64,000 bases of DNA from Lama guanicoe (GCA_013239625.1 MU053994.1:124001-188000), one strand, 5' to 3'; numbered from the stretch's first letter, positions 27,659 to 38,250 are shown. Notes: generated by a model not told the origin, from the sequence alone. Translations and numbers: made by a program.

Positions 27659-28811
27659 GCCATGTATCTTCCTTCTCCCAGGATCAAATGAACAAAGATA
27701 ACAATCAAAAAATATGTCCACTTTGTACTCCCTAAAGACGTTCCTGCATTTCCTCTCTTACATCAGGTTTTATTTTATTATTCCAAATTATGCATGTATT
27801 CTCGTTGCCATAGTTGCCTAGGGGTGAGAGTACAAAGTTAACAACACTCAGTAAAGTAAATGAAGCCATAAAATCTTCCAGCAATATTATAAGGTTATTA
27901 TAAAAATGCAAGTTTGGGGGAAAATGTCCTTTAACAATTTTTAAACCTAAGTCCATGAGCATTTTTCTTATTCTTAGGAAAACCCCATTTTCCCCAGCAT
28001 TTTTCTTATGAAAATTTTTGAACATACAGAAGCCAACTTAAAAGAATTGTATGGTGAACACCCAAGTCCTCACCACCTAGATTCTACAATTAACATTTTA
28101 TTTCACACATCTGTCTCTCTATTGATCCATCAACCCATTTATGTGTGTGTGTATGTGTGCACACTTTAAACAGTACTCTTCCTCTCTTTGATATTCATAT
28201 AATTATCGAAGAGGAAGATCTAAATTTAAAGCCAGGTACTCTATCAGTCTCGAAATGTGACTGGTTAGGGCTCCATCCCTAGGGCAGGATTGAAATTCCA
28301 TAGATAAGATGTAGCTGGCAGACCTCCAGGCATGATTGACTTTAGTCATATCTGTAAAGGCTTAGCAGAGAGAGGTGGAATGTGGTCATCCAGGGGAGTT
28401 CTAGAAGGGAAGTTGCTCTGTGCTAGGGGATCTCCCAACCATAGCTGCTGTTTTAACTGAGGTGATTTGGGGCATCTGTTGGATGTAGAAAAGATACATG
28501 TGCATATATGTGTGTATAGATGCACACACACCCCCATATACTGTATTATCTCCATAACAATGTGCCAAAGTAGGTTTTATTTGTGCTTTATAACTGAGAG
28601 AATGGGCTTGGATTAAATGACTTGTCTGGGGCTGCACAGCTGATAAGTGTCGGGAGGGGAAATTGAACCACTTCCCAGTTCATTCTCTTTTTGGGTTCCT
28701 TGCCTCAGTGGCCTTCGGTGTCACCTCCCAGTTGGTTCTCGCTCAGTGCCAGTTGGCCTGCTGGAGGGCCTCAAGAGGACTGTGTGCTCAGACCTGGTCC
28801 CTGGAGTAGAT

Positions 28812-29035
28812 GATTTTAGAGTTTAGGATTTGCAGATACTAACTACTATATATAAAGAAGATAAACAGCAAGGTCCGACTGGATAGCACAGGGAACTGTA
28901 TTCAATACTTTATAGTAGCCTATAATGAAAAAGAATATGAAAAGGAATAGATATATGTGTAAAACTGAATCACTATGCTGTTCTCCAGAAATTAACAGCA
29001 TTGTAAATCAACTATACTTGAATAAAAAAAAAAGG
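28812..29035 (+). mobile_element. L1 3' end with poly(A) tail
   Basis: TTTGCAGATACTAACTACTATATATAAA...ATAGCACAGGGAACTGTATTCAA...TCAACTATACTTGAATAAAAAAAAAA. Confidence 0.75.
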
Positions 29036-29165
29036 AAGAAGAAGGGGCTACAGTCCAGAGTAACCAAGTCAAGGCTTTGAGAATCAGGCAAAATATAAGC
29101 AGAGTAACAGAAAAGACAACATCCTGTCCGCCTCTGATTATCATGACTTGCTGATTTGTTTCCAG

Positions 29166-29428
29166 GTGTTTTGAAGTCTTCTGCATCTATTGTCAGTCAA
29201 GCCATGTCGAAGAGCCATATGTCAGCATCACCAAGAAGCGACAGATGCCAAAAAATGGTCTCTCAGAGGAGATTGAGAAGGAAGTGGGCCAGGCAGAGGG
29301 CAAGCTATTCACCCACCGATCTGCGTTCAGCCGGGCATCAGTGATCCAGGCTTTCCTGGGCTCAGCCCCACAGCTGACCCTGCAGCTGTACATAAGCACA
29401 CTGCAGCAGAACGTCACTGTCGGAAGAT
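29166..29428 (+). CDS. XK: XK coding exon 2, 263 nt
   Basis: ttgtttccag acceptor and T|gtatgt donor, phases fit exons 1 and 3. Translates [87 protein letters not shown], with the [13 protein letters not shown] motif. Confidence 0.97.
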
Positions 29429-29544
29429 GTATGTATATTTTTTATTTCTACTTGCATTTGGGAATCAAAATGTAGAGCAAAATACAAGGTTTATTTTGTT
29501 TCAGGTGAAATTCGTTTATACGTGCATTCAATCCTGATTTTGTT

Positions 29545-30050
29545 CCAGTTACTGAGTTAAAAACTGAATTAAAATAATAAGGACATTTATTTTGCTTATG
29601 AATCTGCAATCTAAGCAGGGCTCAAAAGGTCTCACCTGTGCTCCACCGTGCATTAGCTGGGGTGGCTCAAAGATGGAGGTTTAGAATCCATTGGAGGCTC
29701 ATTCAGTCACATTTTTTGTGGTTGATGCTGGCTGTGACTGGGGGCCTCAGATCTTCTAGGCCACTTCATCTCTCCATGTAGGCTAGTTTGGGCTTCCTCA
29801 CAGCTTGGTGGCTGCTTTCAAGGGCAAGTGTCCTAAGAGCGAGAGAGGGCCAGGGGGAAGAGTAGCCCTTTTGTGATCCAGCCTTGGAAGTCATGCAGCA
29901 TCACTTCTGCTGCATTTTCTTTGTTGAAGCAGTCAGGAATGCTGTCGAGTTTCAAGGGAACGATAAGAAAGGAAATTCTGACTTTTGTTGGGGAATGGTG
30001 GAGTTCTAGAAGTTCACTGCTGTGACCTTTTGGAAAATACAACTTGCCGT
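29545..30050. mobile_element. MLT1-type (MaLR) solo LTR
   Basis: CATTTATTTTGCTTATGAATCTGCAAT...GGGCTTCCTCACAGCTTGGTGGCTG...CAGCCTTGGAAGTCATGCAGCATCACTTCTGC. Confidence 0.6.
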
Positions 30051-30967
30051 AGGCTGAAAATACAGCTGCCGGAGGCCTATTTGGATTTTGCCTTTGTCAT
30101 TCAGTGATGGTTCTAAACCAGCAGTGACAGTTGGTTGTAGCAGTTTCTTTGTGGTGAATGAAGGTATCAAGAGTCTTCTCCTATCTTCTTGAAGTTCGAT
30201 AAGTATCTTAGCTTTTAAAGGAACACAGTTCTCTAACCTATGGGCCACTCTGTCATTATCAAATCGAGGGCAGGTTTGATTAAGCCTGATTTCCAAAAAC
30301 TGTACATGCGTCGGACACAAGTGAAAAATCTTCATATGATAAAAGGAAATAATCCCTCACAAATATTAATATTATAGGTAAATGAAAACCAGATACTCAG
30401 GTAAGTTTTGCTATGTGGATAAACAGAAATAACTTAAAAGCCTTAAGTTGAAAAAATATACATTTGAGGTGACACTGAAACTGGAATCTTGTAAAATACT
30501 CATATTAATTTCATTTCCCTTAATATTATCCTCTTCCTGCCTATATTCTAGGATGGCTGGTAAAATGTCTTAATTTATGGCTGAGTCACGGTATTTGCAT
30601 GTCACAGCTATTTCCCTTACCCAGGTTACCTCAGAGTGACTGTGATTCCTAAGACATGTCAGGACTTTAAGTTGAGGTTTTGAACCTTGGCGGATTAACA
30701 TTTATGTGAAAATGCCTCCCACAGCCCCAGGTGGACAGTAGGTGTTCAATAAATGCAGCAGCATCCTTGTTCTCTGAGGACTTATAACTGGAATGGGCAT
30801 TGACCAAGATGAGTCCTCTGCATGCTGCTATATCCTTTTCCTGGTTCATTGCTTTTCCATGTGGTGGGGACACTGGGAGAGACCAGATGTGGTGATAGCC
30901 TTTTTGATTTCTATAAGTAAATTCAATTTTTTTCTCAAGTTATTGAAAATAAAGATTGTCTTTTAGT

Positions 30968-31172
30968 TCAGGGGTTGTCAAACAACAGCTTATGGGCCCA
31001 GTCAGGCACTGCTTGTTTTCATAAATAAAGTTTTATTGGAACACAGCCAAACCCTTCCATTATTTTTTTTAAACAGAGTTGAGTAGTTGCATAGGTGCAA
31101 CAGAGAACATATGGTCCACAAAGCCTAAGGTATTTACTATCTGACTCTTTACAGAAAGTTTGCCCACCCTTG
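30968..31172. mobile_element. MER58A-like DNA transposon
   Basis: CAGGGGTTGTCAAAC...AAATAAAGTTTTATTGGAACACAGCC...AAAGTTTGCCCACCCTTG. Confidence 0.7.
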
Positions 31173-34139
31173 TTACAGCTTTTCAGACAGAATTCTGTTC
31201 AGGAAAAGGAAACCTCTCATAAATGTCAGTGCCACAAAGAATACGTGACATGCCCTGACATAATGTAAGTCCTCTGAGAGTTACATGATAAATCAAATGT
31301 ATATAAAAAAGGAAGTGGGCATGGTCCTCTTAAAACTTCATATGGCTGCCATTTATGTAGGTTTTGACTAACCCTAATCACTGTTTTAACATGTCTTAGG
31401 AAGAAATCCCTTACTCGCAAGGGGAAAGGTGGTTATAATTGGAGCACAGGCTGGGGTGTGCCACAAAGGCCAACATTGGTAGTGTCCATCGTATGATTAG
31501 GAATGCATTTTCTGCAAGGGTCAGACACTTGACTACAGGGTTAAACAACCTAGGGTTATTTTGCTCATCTAACAAGAAATCGGAGGTAGACAGTTGCTGG
31601 CATTGTATCAGCTGCTCATAGTGGTAAAGTTGATGTCCCTGCAGTTACATTGGCCTCTTTCCTGGGTTGCTACTGCATAGAATCCACCATAGCTTCATTC
31701 ATGGTAGGAGGAGAGGATGAAGGCAGAAGGGTGACTGACTGTCTTTCTTCTTTTATAGTAAGTAAAAGCTTTCCCAGTAACCTCCCTAATAGACTTGATT
31801 TAGGGCTCCTTGAGCAGGACTGGTCACGTGGTCACCTCAGTGCAAGAAAGGTTAAGAAGGCTGGGTGGAGGACTGATTGCCACCAGTGGCTTAGAGTAAC
31901 ATTCCTTCAACTTCCCTGGTGATTAGGGTCACAGGAGGTGGGAACAAGGGGAGCTTGTTAAAAATGTACGCGTTACCAGGCTTCATTCCTGGAAATTGTG
32001 GTGTGATGAGTATGGGATAGGACCCTCAGATATGTCTTTTGACTTTATTTCTCTTTTGTTTTTTTTTAAACAAGTGCTCCAGGTAGTTTTTTATCATCAG
32101 CAATGTTTGGGAATACTGGAGTAGACTAGTCACAACCTCATTCAACATTCAAAGTCTATAACCTCTTCTCTCTGGTTCTCTGCTCACTGAACAAGCAGTT
32201 ATGAACTTGGCCTTGGCAGAGCTTGCAAGACAGGTGGAGCTGGCCACGTGGTCCACTGGAGAGTTTTTTTAAATTGCACTATAATGCGTATAACATAAAA
32301 TGTACCATTTCTAAGTGTACAGTTCAGTGGAATTTAGGATATTCACAATGTTGTGCAATCATCACTACTATCTAATTGTAGAATATTTTCGTTACATTGA
32401 CAAGAAATCCTGTTCTCATTAGCAGTCCCTCCTCATTTCCCCTCCCCCAGCCCTTGGCAGTCACTGATCTACTTTCTGTCTCTACGGACTTGCCTATTGT
32501 GCATATTTCATATCAATGGAATCGTACACTATTGGAGAGTTCTTTTTTTTCCGATAGTCAGTGAATAATGGATGCTGTCCGTGAGCTTCAGTCTTTGAGT
32601 CAAGTCAGCTCTCAGCAGGCGTTGATCAAATCTCTGGACCTTAGAGGAAAGGTTGGTCTGAGGCCCAGGTGAGCACACCAAGGTTACTGTGTTCTATGAA
32701 GGCCCCTGCAGCCTGCCACTTGGCCAGCCTGGATCTCAAAGTGCCTGTGTCTCTTCCACTCAAGGTGGGAATATTGGTAATAATCCTGACTGTTTCTCAA
32801 ACCCTTGCTTTGCGCCAGGCACCATGATTGGCCTGATTGTGTTTCACGGTCACAGCATCCCTGTGAGGTAGATATGATTACCTCCATCTGACTGAAGTTG
32901 AAAATTGTACCCATGTACCAGAGGAGGCAGAATTTGGGATTTGATTTATGTGAATTCATTCATGAATTCAGTGAATATGTATTGAATATGTTCTGTGTTC
33001 CTGACCTCATGCTGGGCTCTGAGGATAAGGTGGTGAATAAGGTGAACAGGCCCTTTTGGAACAGGATAGACGACTGGGAAACAAATAATTAGTCATATAT
33101 TTATTTTATTTCAGGTAAATCTTGCCAAGTGAAGGTCCCGTGTGAGGGTATATTGGGGGAATTTCACCAAGTCTGGGAGATGAGGGAAAATATTCCCAGA
33201 GGAACTTCAGTTTAAACTCAAATCTGGTAGGTGAGGAGTAGCCAAGTGAAGGAAAAGCAGGAAAGAACATCCTGGGATTTCAAACTTTATCCCAAAGGCA
33301 ATAGGAAATCACTGATGAGTTTTAGACAACACAGTGTCATGATCAGATTTAGTTTTAGAAACTAATTACTCTGGAAAATGGATTAGAAGGGAGTGAGAGA
33401 AGAAACAGAGGGACCAGTAAGCGGGCTGCTGCAGTTGTCAAGGTGAGAATAGTCATGACTTGGGCTGGAATAGCAGAACTGGGTTATGGGCGCAATATTA
33501 ATGATGTCAAAGTGGAACAAGGTGATGATTGATTGGGAAGGTGAGGCAGAGGGAGATGTGAAAAATGGCTCCCAGGTCCTGACATGGGCAGTCGTAGCCA
33601 TGGATCCCCATGTGTGTTGGTCAAACAGCCGGGAGAAGGAGCAGGCTTGTAGTGTATGCTTTTGCTTTCAGTTTCAGACTTTTTTTTTAATAAACACATA
33701 TAAAAAATTTTTTTTAACTTGTGAGAAAATCAGCAGATGTTATAACCAGCTTAAAAGGAGAATCCAAAGTATGGAAACAGGAATATTGACTAAGGATATT
33801 GAAACCAATGTGTATGTAAATGGAAGTAAAACCTGTTTGATTACAGCATGAGTAAGGTGAGAGTTGAACCTCTGTTGCATTAGGGGTTGTGCATGTCAGT
33901 CAGTGACCTACAGCTTACAAAGGGATATAAATGAACTCAAAGACAATGCAGGGCTCTAGTCAGGTAATCTGGAGTGGCGTCATAAAGACAGGATGATGTT
34001 TCCATGGAAACATTCATTTTTCTTGCTAGACTGTTAAAAAGTCAAGTAGGAAGTTGGAGTTCTCTGAAAAAGAGGGTCCAGTCAACAGAGAGACTGGGTT
34101 CCTATCACACATATTTCTAGGCCTGTCCTGATCAGGGCC

Positions 34140-34200
34140 CAGTTGACACTGATGACATCACAAAGTCTGAGTTGTCACAAAGGCAATGACCAATAAGAGG
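34140..34200 (+). promoter_or_regulatory. Candidate germ-cell promoter of the nested H2A.L-derived unit
   Basis: CRE variant TGACATCA 34153-34160, twin TCACAAAG motifs and CCAAT 34190-34194, 110-150 bp upstream of the ancestral ATG. Confidence 0.5.
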
Positions 34201-34463
34201 CTGGTGCCCAGGGAGACAGCAGGCAGAAGTTCACTGGCATCTCTAGAGGTCAGGCTAGGGGGACAGTCTAGCTAGATCCATCTGAGCAAAACGTGCCAAG
34301 ACCATGTTAGTCTTAAAAAGTAGGTAGATTTTCTCCTGCTCTGTAATAGCTGCGCTACAGGGTTCCCCAATAGCTGTGTGGACCCAACACCTGAGCTCTT
34401 CCGCCCGTCTTCCTGGCCGGCATCCTCGAGTACCCGAAGGCCAACACCCAGAAGCTGACAAGC

Positions 34464-35372
34464 ATGGAGGCCCGCAGCAACCGCGAGGAGGCCCGCGGCA
34501 ACCGCGAAGTGCCCCGCGGCAACCGTGAGGTGCCCCGCGGCAACCGCGAGGTGCCCCGCAGCAACCGTGAAGTGCCCTGCAGCAACCGTGAGGTGCCCCG
34601 CAGCAACCGCGAAGTGCCCCGCAGCAACCGTGAGATGCCCCGCAGCAACCGCGAGGTGCCCCACAGCAACCGCGAGGTGCCCCGTAGCAACCGCGAGGTG
34701 CCCCGCTGCAACCGCGAGGTGCCCTGCAGCAACCGTGAGGTGCCCCGCAGCAACCGCGAAGTGCCCCGCAGCAACCGTGAGATGCCCCGCAGCAACCGCG
34801 AGGTGCCGCGCTGCAACCGCGAGGTGCCCCACAGCAACCGCGAGGTGCCCCGTAGCAACCGCGAGGTGCCCCGCTGCAACCGCGAGGTGCCCTGCAGCAA
34901 CCGTGAGGTGCCCCGCAGCAACCGCGAAGTGCCCCGCAGCAACCGCGAGGTGCCCTGCAGCAACCGCGAGGTGCCCCGCTGCAACCTTGAGGTGCCCTAC
35001 AGTAACCGCGAGGTGCCCTGCAGCAACCGCGAGGTGTCCTGCAGCAACCGCGAAGTGACCTTTAGCAACCGTGAGATTCCCATCACCCCCGAAGAACCTG
35101 CCGAGGGCAATGGGCAACCACCTGCAGAGGGCAGTGGGCAACCATCTGCAGAGGGCAGTGAGCAACCACCTGCAGAGGGCAGTGGGCAACAAGTACCTCT
35201 GCCACCTTTTCCAGCCAGATGCCCTCAGTTAGGTCACCGCGATGCCTCTGCCGAAGGAAAAGTGATGCCTGCGTCCCAGGGCCCGCCTAGACCTCAGCGA
35301 CTGCCTCATCTCACCCCCAGACTACCCACAAATGAGGGAGGCCTGAACTTCTGCCGTCATCACAGCCATTAA
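34464..35372 (+). CDS. Putative 302-aa repeat protein (RSNREVP)x29-(PAEGSGQP)x4 derived from the H2A.L relic
   Basis: Open frame from a strong Kozak ATG (AGCATGG) in the histone frame; the stop TAA overlaps an ATTAAA signal. Expression is not demonstrable from sequence. Confidence 0.5.
   Translation: MEARSNREEARGNREVPRGNREVPRGNREVPRSNREVPCSNREVPRSNREVPRSNREMPRSNREVPHSNREVPRSNREVPRCNREVPCSNREVPRSNREVPRSNREMPRSNREVPRCNREVPHSNREVPRSNREVPRCNREVPCSNREVPRSNREVPRSNREVPCSNREVPRCNLEVPYSNREVPCSNREVSCSNREVTFSNREIPITPEEPAEGNGQPPAEGSGQPSAEGSEQPPAEGSGQQVPLPPFPARCPQLGHRDASAEGKVMPASQGPPRPQRLPHLTPRLPTNEGGLNFCRHHSH
34473..35081 (+). repeat. Minisatellite, 29 x 21 bp, consensus CGCAGCAACCGCGAGGTGCCC
   Basis: 609 nt = 29 units without indels; CpG-rich. 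Confidence 0.97.
35097..35192 (+). repeat. Tandem repeat, 4 x 24 bp, consensus CCTGCAGAGGGCAGTGGGCAACCA
   Basis: Visible directly; reads LQRAVGNH in the histone frame and PAEGSGQP in the long-ORF frame. Confidence 0.95.
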
Positions 35373-35416
35373 AGCATTTGAGTCATTGGCTGTGCTTGTC
35401 TCCTCTGTGTTTGTCA
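35368..35416 (+). terminator. Candidate polyadenylation signal of the nested unit
   Basis: ATTAAA 35368-35373 followed about 18 nt later by the GT/T-rich element TGTGCTTGTCTCCTCTGTGTTTGTC; no genomic poly(A) tract. Confidence 0.65.
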
Positions 35417-37943
35417 TACAGTTGAGGCGTCTGTGGGACATCCAGGAGGGGCTGCGTCGTGGGGGATTGGGGGTGGAAGGTGTGGTCAGGGTGGGATGCT
35501 GGAATCCATGATTTCAGGGAGCGGTTTCCAATGGTGACGGTGCGGGGAATGGCCCTGTTGGGAGGAGCTGGCCGAAATTGTAGGGGGATAGGACAGGCCT
35601 CTGAGGCCGGGAGGTGGGCGGGGATTCCTGGGCACGTTGAATTCCTAGAGTGATGGTGGTAACGGGGGAGGGGCTGAAAACGGTGACCCAGGTGCTGAAG
35701 GCTTTATTCATGATAGGGACCATCTAGAAGTGGGAGGTGATGACAATGGGGGGGGGGAGGATTCTCACATGACTTCTGGATGCCTGGGCCCCTGGCTGTG
35801 AAAACCATGGCCTGCTGAACCTTCTGGGGGGAGGTTTGGCTCATCACTGGAGTACAGCAACACCAGTATTGGTGTGGACCCTGTTCACTGGATGCAGAGG
35901 AAGAAGCCAGGGCTGTATCTGCAAGCCATTCAGTCCTCATTCTGGTTTCCTCTCTGCTCTCCTCTGCCTGGTGACAGCCGCTCTCTGCCTCCTCCCACCA
36001 CTGATGGAAGCTGGGAGCTGGCTTAGCCTTTGGTGGCTTCACAGGAGTGTCCTGAGAGCAACAGTGTCAGGGTTGTGCTTGGAGCTCGTTGGAGTAGGTG
36101 CTTGTATAAATCCAAGAAACCTTGCTTGACACCTAGTGCCCATTCCACCAAATGTCTGTAGAAACCTCCTTGTCAGGATGCCCGCCCCACACGTTTGTGT
36201 TGGTTCTAAGACCCGCGAAGCCCTCCGGGCCTCAGCCACGTTCCGCTCGTCCTCTTCTGTGCGTCTGAGTAGTAGGCAGGCCTGTCCCCGGCAACTGCAG
36301 GTGGAGAGTCGCCTGGACCTGGTCACATGGTGGCACCAGCAGTGCCGCCCCATCCCCGAAGTGGAGCATCTGTGTGTCCAGGCCGTGGTTTCCCGTCTTC
36401 CAGTGTCCTTCAGCCCCAGGGCGTGCCCCCAGGGTGGGCGGTGCCAGGGAGCCAGTCATTACACTCAGACCCTGACTTGTGGGTTCAACAGCTGTCTGAT
36501 TACTGAAAGCTGTTTGTTTTGGCTGATAGCTGTGGGCTTGTTTTAGTGCAAAATGTCGTCTCCTAAATACCTCACCAGAAGTCACACCAGAGGAATTCAT
36601 TAAAGGCCAGGGAAGTCATAGTAGGTGGATGGACCGTGTCGGGTGAGCAGGTCTGTGTGCTCGGGTGGTCACCTTACCGTCCATGCCGTAGTCAGCACTC
36701 CTGGTCCCTGTGACGCCTGCAGGGAGCCAGGCTCCCTGGGCTCTTCCAGACTCTGTCTGACGTCCGGGTTTGGAGGTTGAGCTTCCTGACCTTGTGATGG
36801 CGGAGTCACAGGGACGTGGGAGAACCAGGCAGAGCTATACTGCCATCCCTTTATGGATCAGACTTCAGCCGTGCCTGTGGATTTCACAGGAGACACGGGG
36901 CCACGGCCAGCATGTCATCACTGTAAATGTGACACCCTGCCAACCCCCCTCCTCCATGTGCCCAGGAACCTCCACTCAGGAGAGGAAGGCGGCAGAGGGG
37001 GAGAATCCCTGCCCTTGGGAAAGCACGAGCCGCACCAGTTTAGGCATTTTGTGCATTTCAGAAAGGTGGGAGGGGGCAGCTGAGGAGGATTTGTTCTAAC
37101 CTCGGCCCTAAGCGGAGGACACCACTGATGACCGTGCCCTGTTGGGAGTGAGCACAGACGGGGGCTGGGGAGGCTGTGGCTGCCAAACCAGGTCTGTGAT
37201 CAGAAGCAGTGTCAGGGAAGCCCAGGGTCAGACATGGGTCATCATGGCAGAAAACATCACATATGAAATGAGGCAAGCTCAGCGTTGGAGCCTGAGAGGA
37301 ACTTGGAGGGTAACATAGGCTTGGTATTGGCATGAACACAAGGCTTGGGAACAAGGCTGGACTCCCACTGAAAACAACCTGTGGGAAGAGAGGCGTTTTG
37401 AAGGCCCAGATTCTCCTGGTCCCTGAGGCTTACTGGTCCTGCAGGATGTGGCCAGGACTCTAGAACAGGCCTTTTGGACCCCACATTAGAATTTGAAAAT
37501 GAGGGACCTTCTAGTAACCTCTAATACGTTATTTCCTAAAGCATAAATTGCAAAGTGGCAGCTCACAGACCTAATCTGAATGGCACATGGGTTTGTCAGT
37601 CCTACGCAGACATCTTAAAGTTAATAAGCCGCTGACATTTAAAATCAAGAACTTTTTACCTGACTATCAGATTTCTGGCTTCTCTCATGAAATCAAAATG
37701 TCTGGGTATACATGTAGTTCCAGTCAGCTGGAGCGACAAGGGGCTGTCCCATTAAGGTTGGGCTTCTGGTTTGCCACGTCTCTCTTTTGGATTTCATGTC
37801 TGACCCACTTCACTCACTTATAGCAACTAGCCACTACAGAGACTTGAATTTGGTACTTGCACCACAAAGTAATTCTGAGTTCACAGTGTTCAGAAGGATC
37901 AGTTCTCTCATTTAAGTTGAGAATACTATGATGTATTATAGTT

Positions 37944-38250
37944 CGGTGCTTCTCAAACAGTCTTTCATATAGGGCCAGTATTATCTGTTCTTGTTCTAAT
38001 TCCCTGTGAACTGATAGGAGGTCCTTTTGTGCACGGCTAATACACAGCTCCCATTTGACTCATCACTGGAGTACAGCAACACCAGGACTGGTGTGGACCC
38101 TGTTCACTGGTTGAGCCCACTCACTTAAATATTGGGGCAAAGCCAGATAGCTGTTCCTAAATGCTGACTCTCAATTTCCATTTTTGGAGTTGACCAGTAG
38201 CAAACCATTCCTTGACTAGTACCAGTCCATGAACCACAGTTCAAATAGAT
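37944..38250. mobile_element. Degenerate hAT-Charlie-like DNA transposon
   Basis: Starts CGGTGCTTCTCAAAC and ends TACCAGTCCATGAACCACAGTTCAAATAG, resembling Charlie termini. Confidence 0.45.

Larger units (their letters stand above)
34304..35265 (+). pseudogene. Disrupted intronless short histone H2A variant (H2A.L-like), nested in XK intron 2
   Basis: Across frameshifts reads M..SCSVIAALQ/FPNSCVD/QHLSSS/PVFLAGILEYPKANTQKLTSMEARSNR[repeat]PITPE/LQRAVGNKYLCHLFQ..MPLPKEK*. This matches the H2A motifs SRAxLQFPV, [21 protein letters not shown] and RITPRHLQLAIRN. Lesions: TAG at 34325, deletion after 34383, frameshifts at about 34361, 34403 and 35095, TAG at 35230. Confidence 0.88.

Noticed and set aside
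34473..35081. CRISPR-like array
   Set aside because: Contiguous tandem units with no unique spacers, in mammalian DNA.
34272..35192. Antisense ORFs of 306 aa (AAGHLAV)n and 209 aa, and the sense 177-aa (RCPAATA)n ORF
   Set aside because: Shadow frames of the GC-rich 21-bp array. They have no histone-frame continuity, and I saw no promoter/poly(A) arrangement supporting them.
34304..35416. Processed retrocopy of a canonical H2A
   Set aside because: No genomic poly(A) tract, target-site duplication or histone stem-loop. It has its own promoter-like and downstream GU-rich elements, and the LSSSxPVFLAG motif is typical of short H2A variants.
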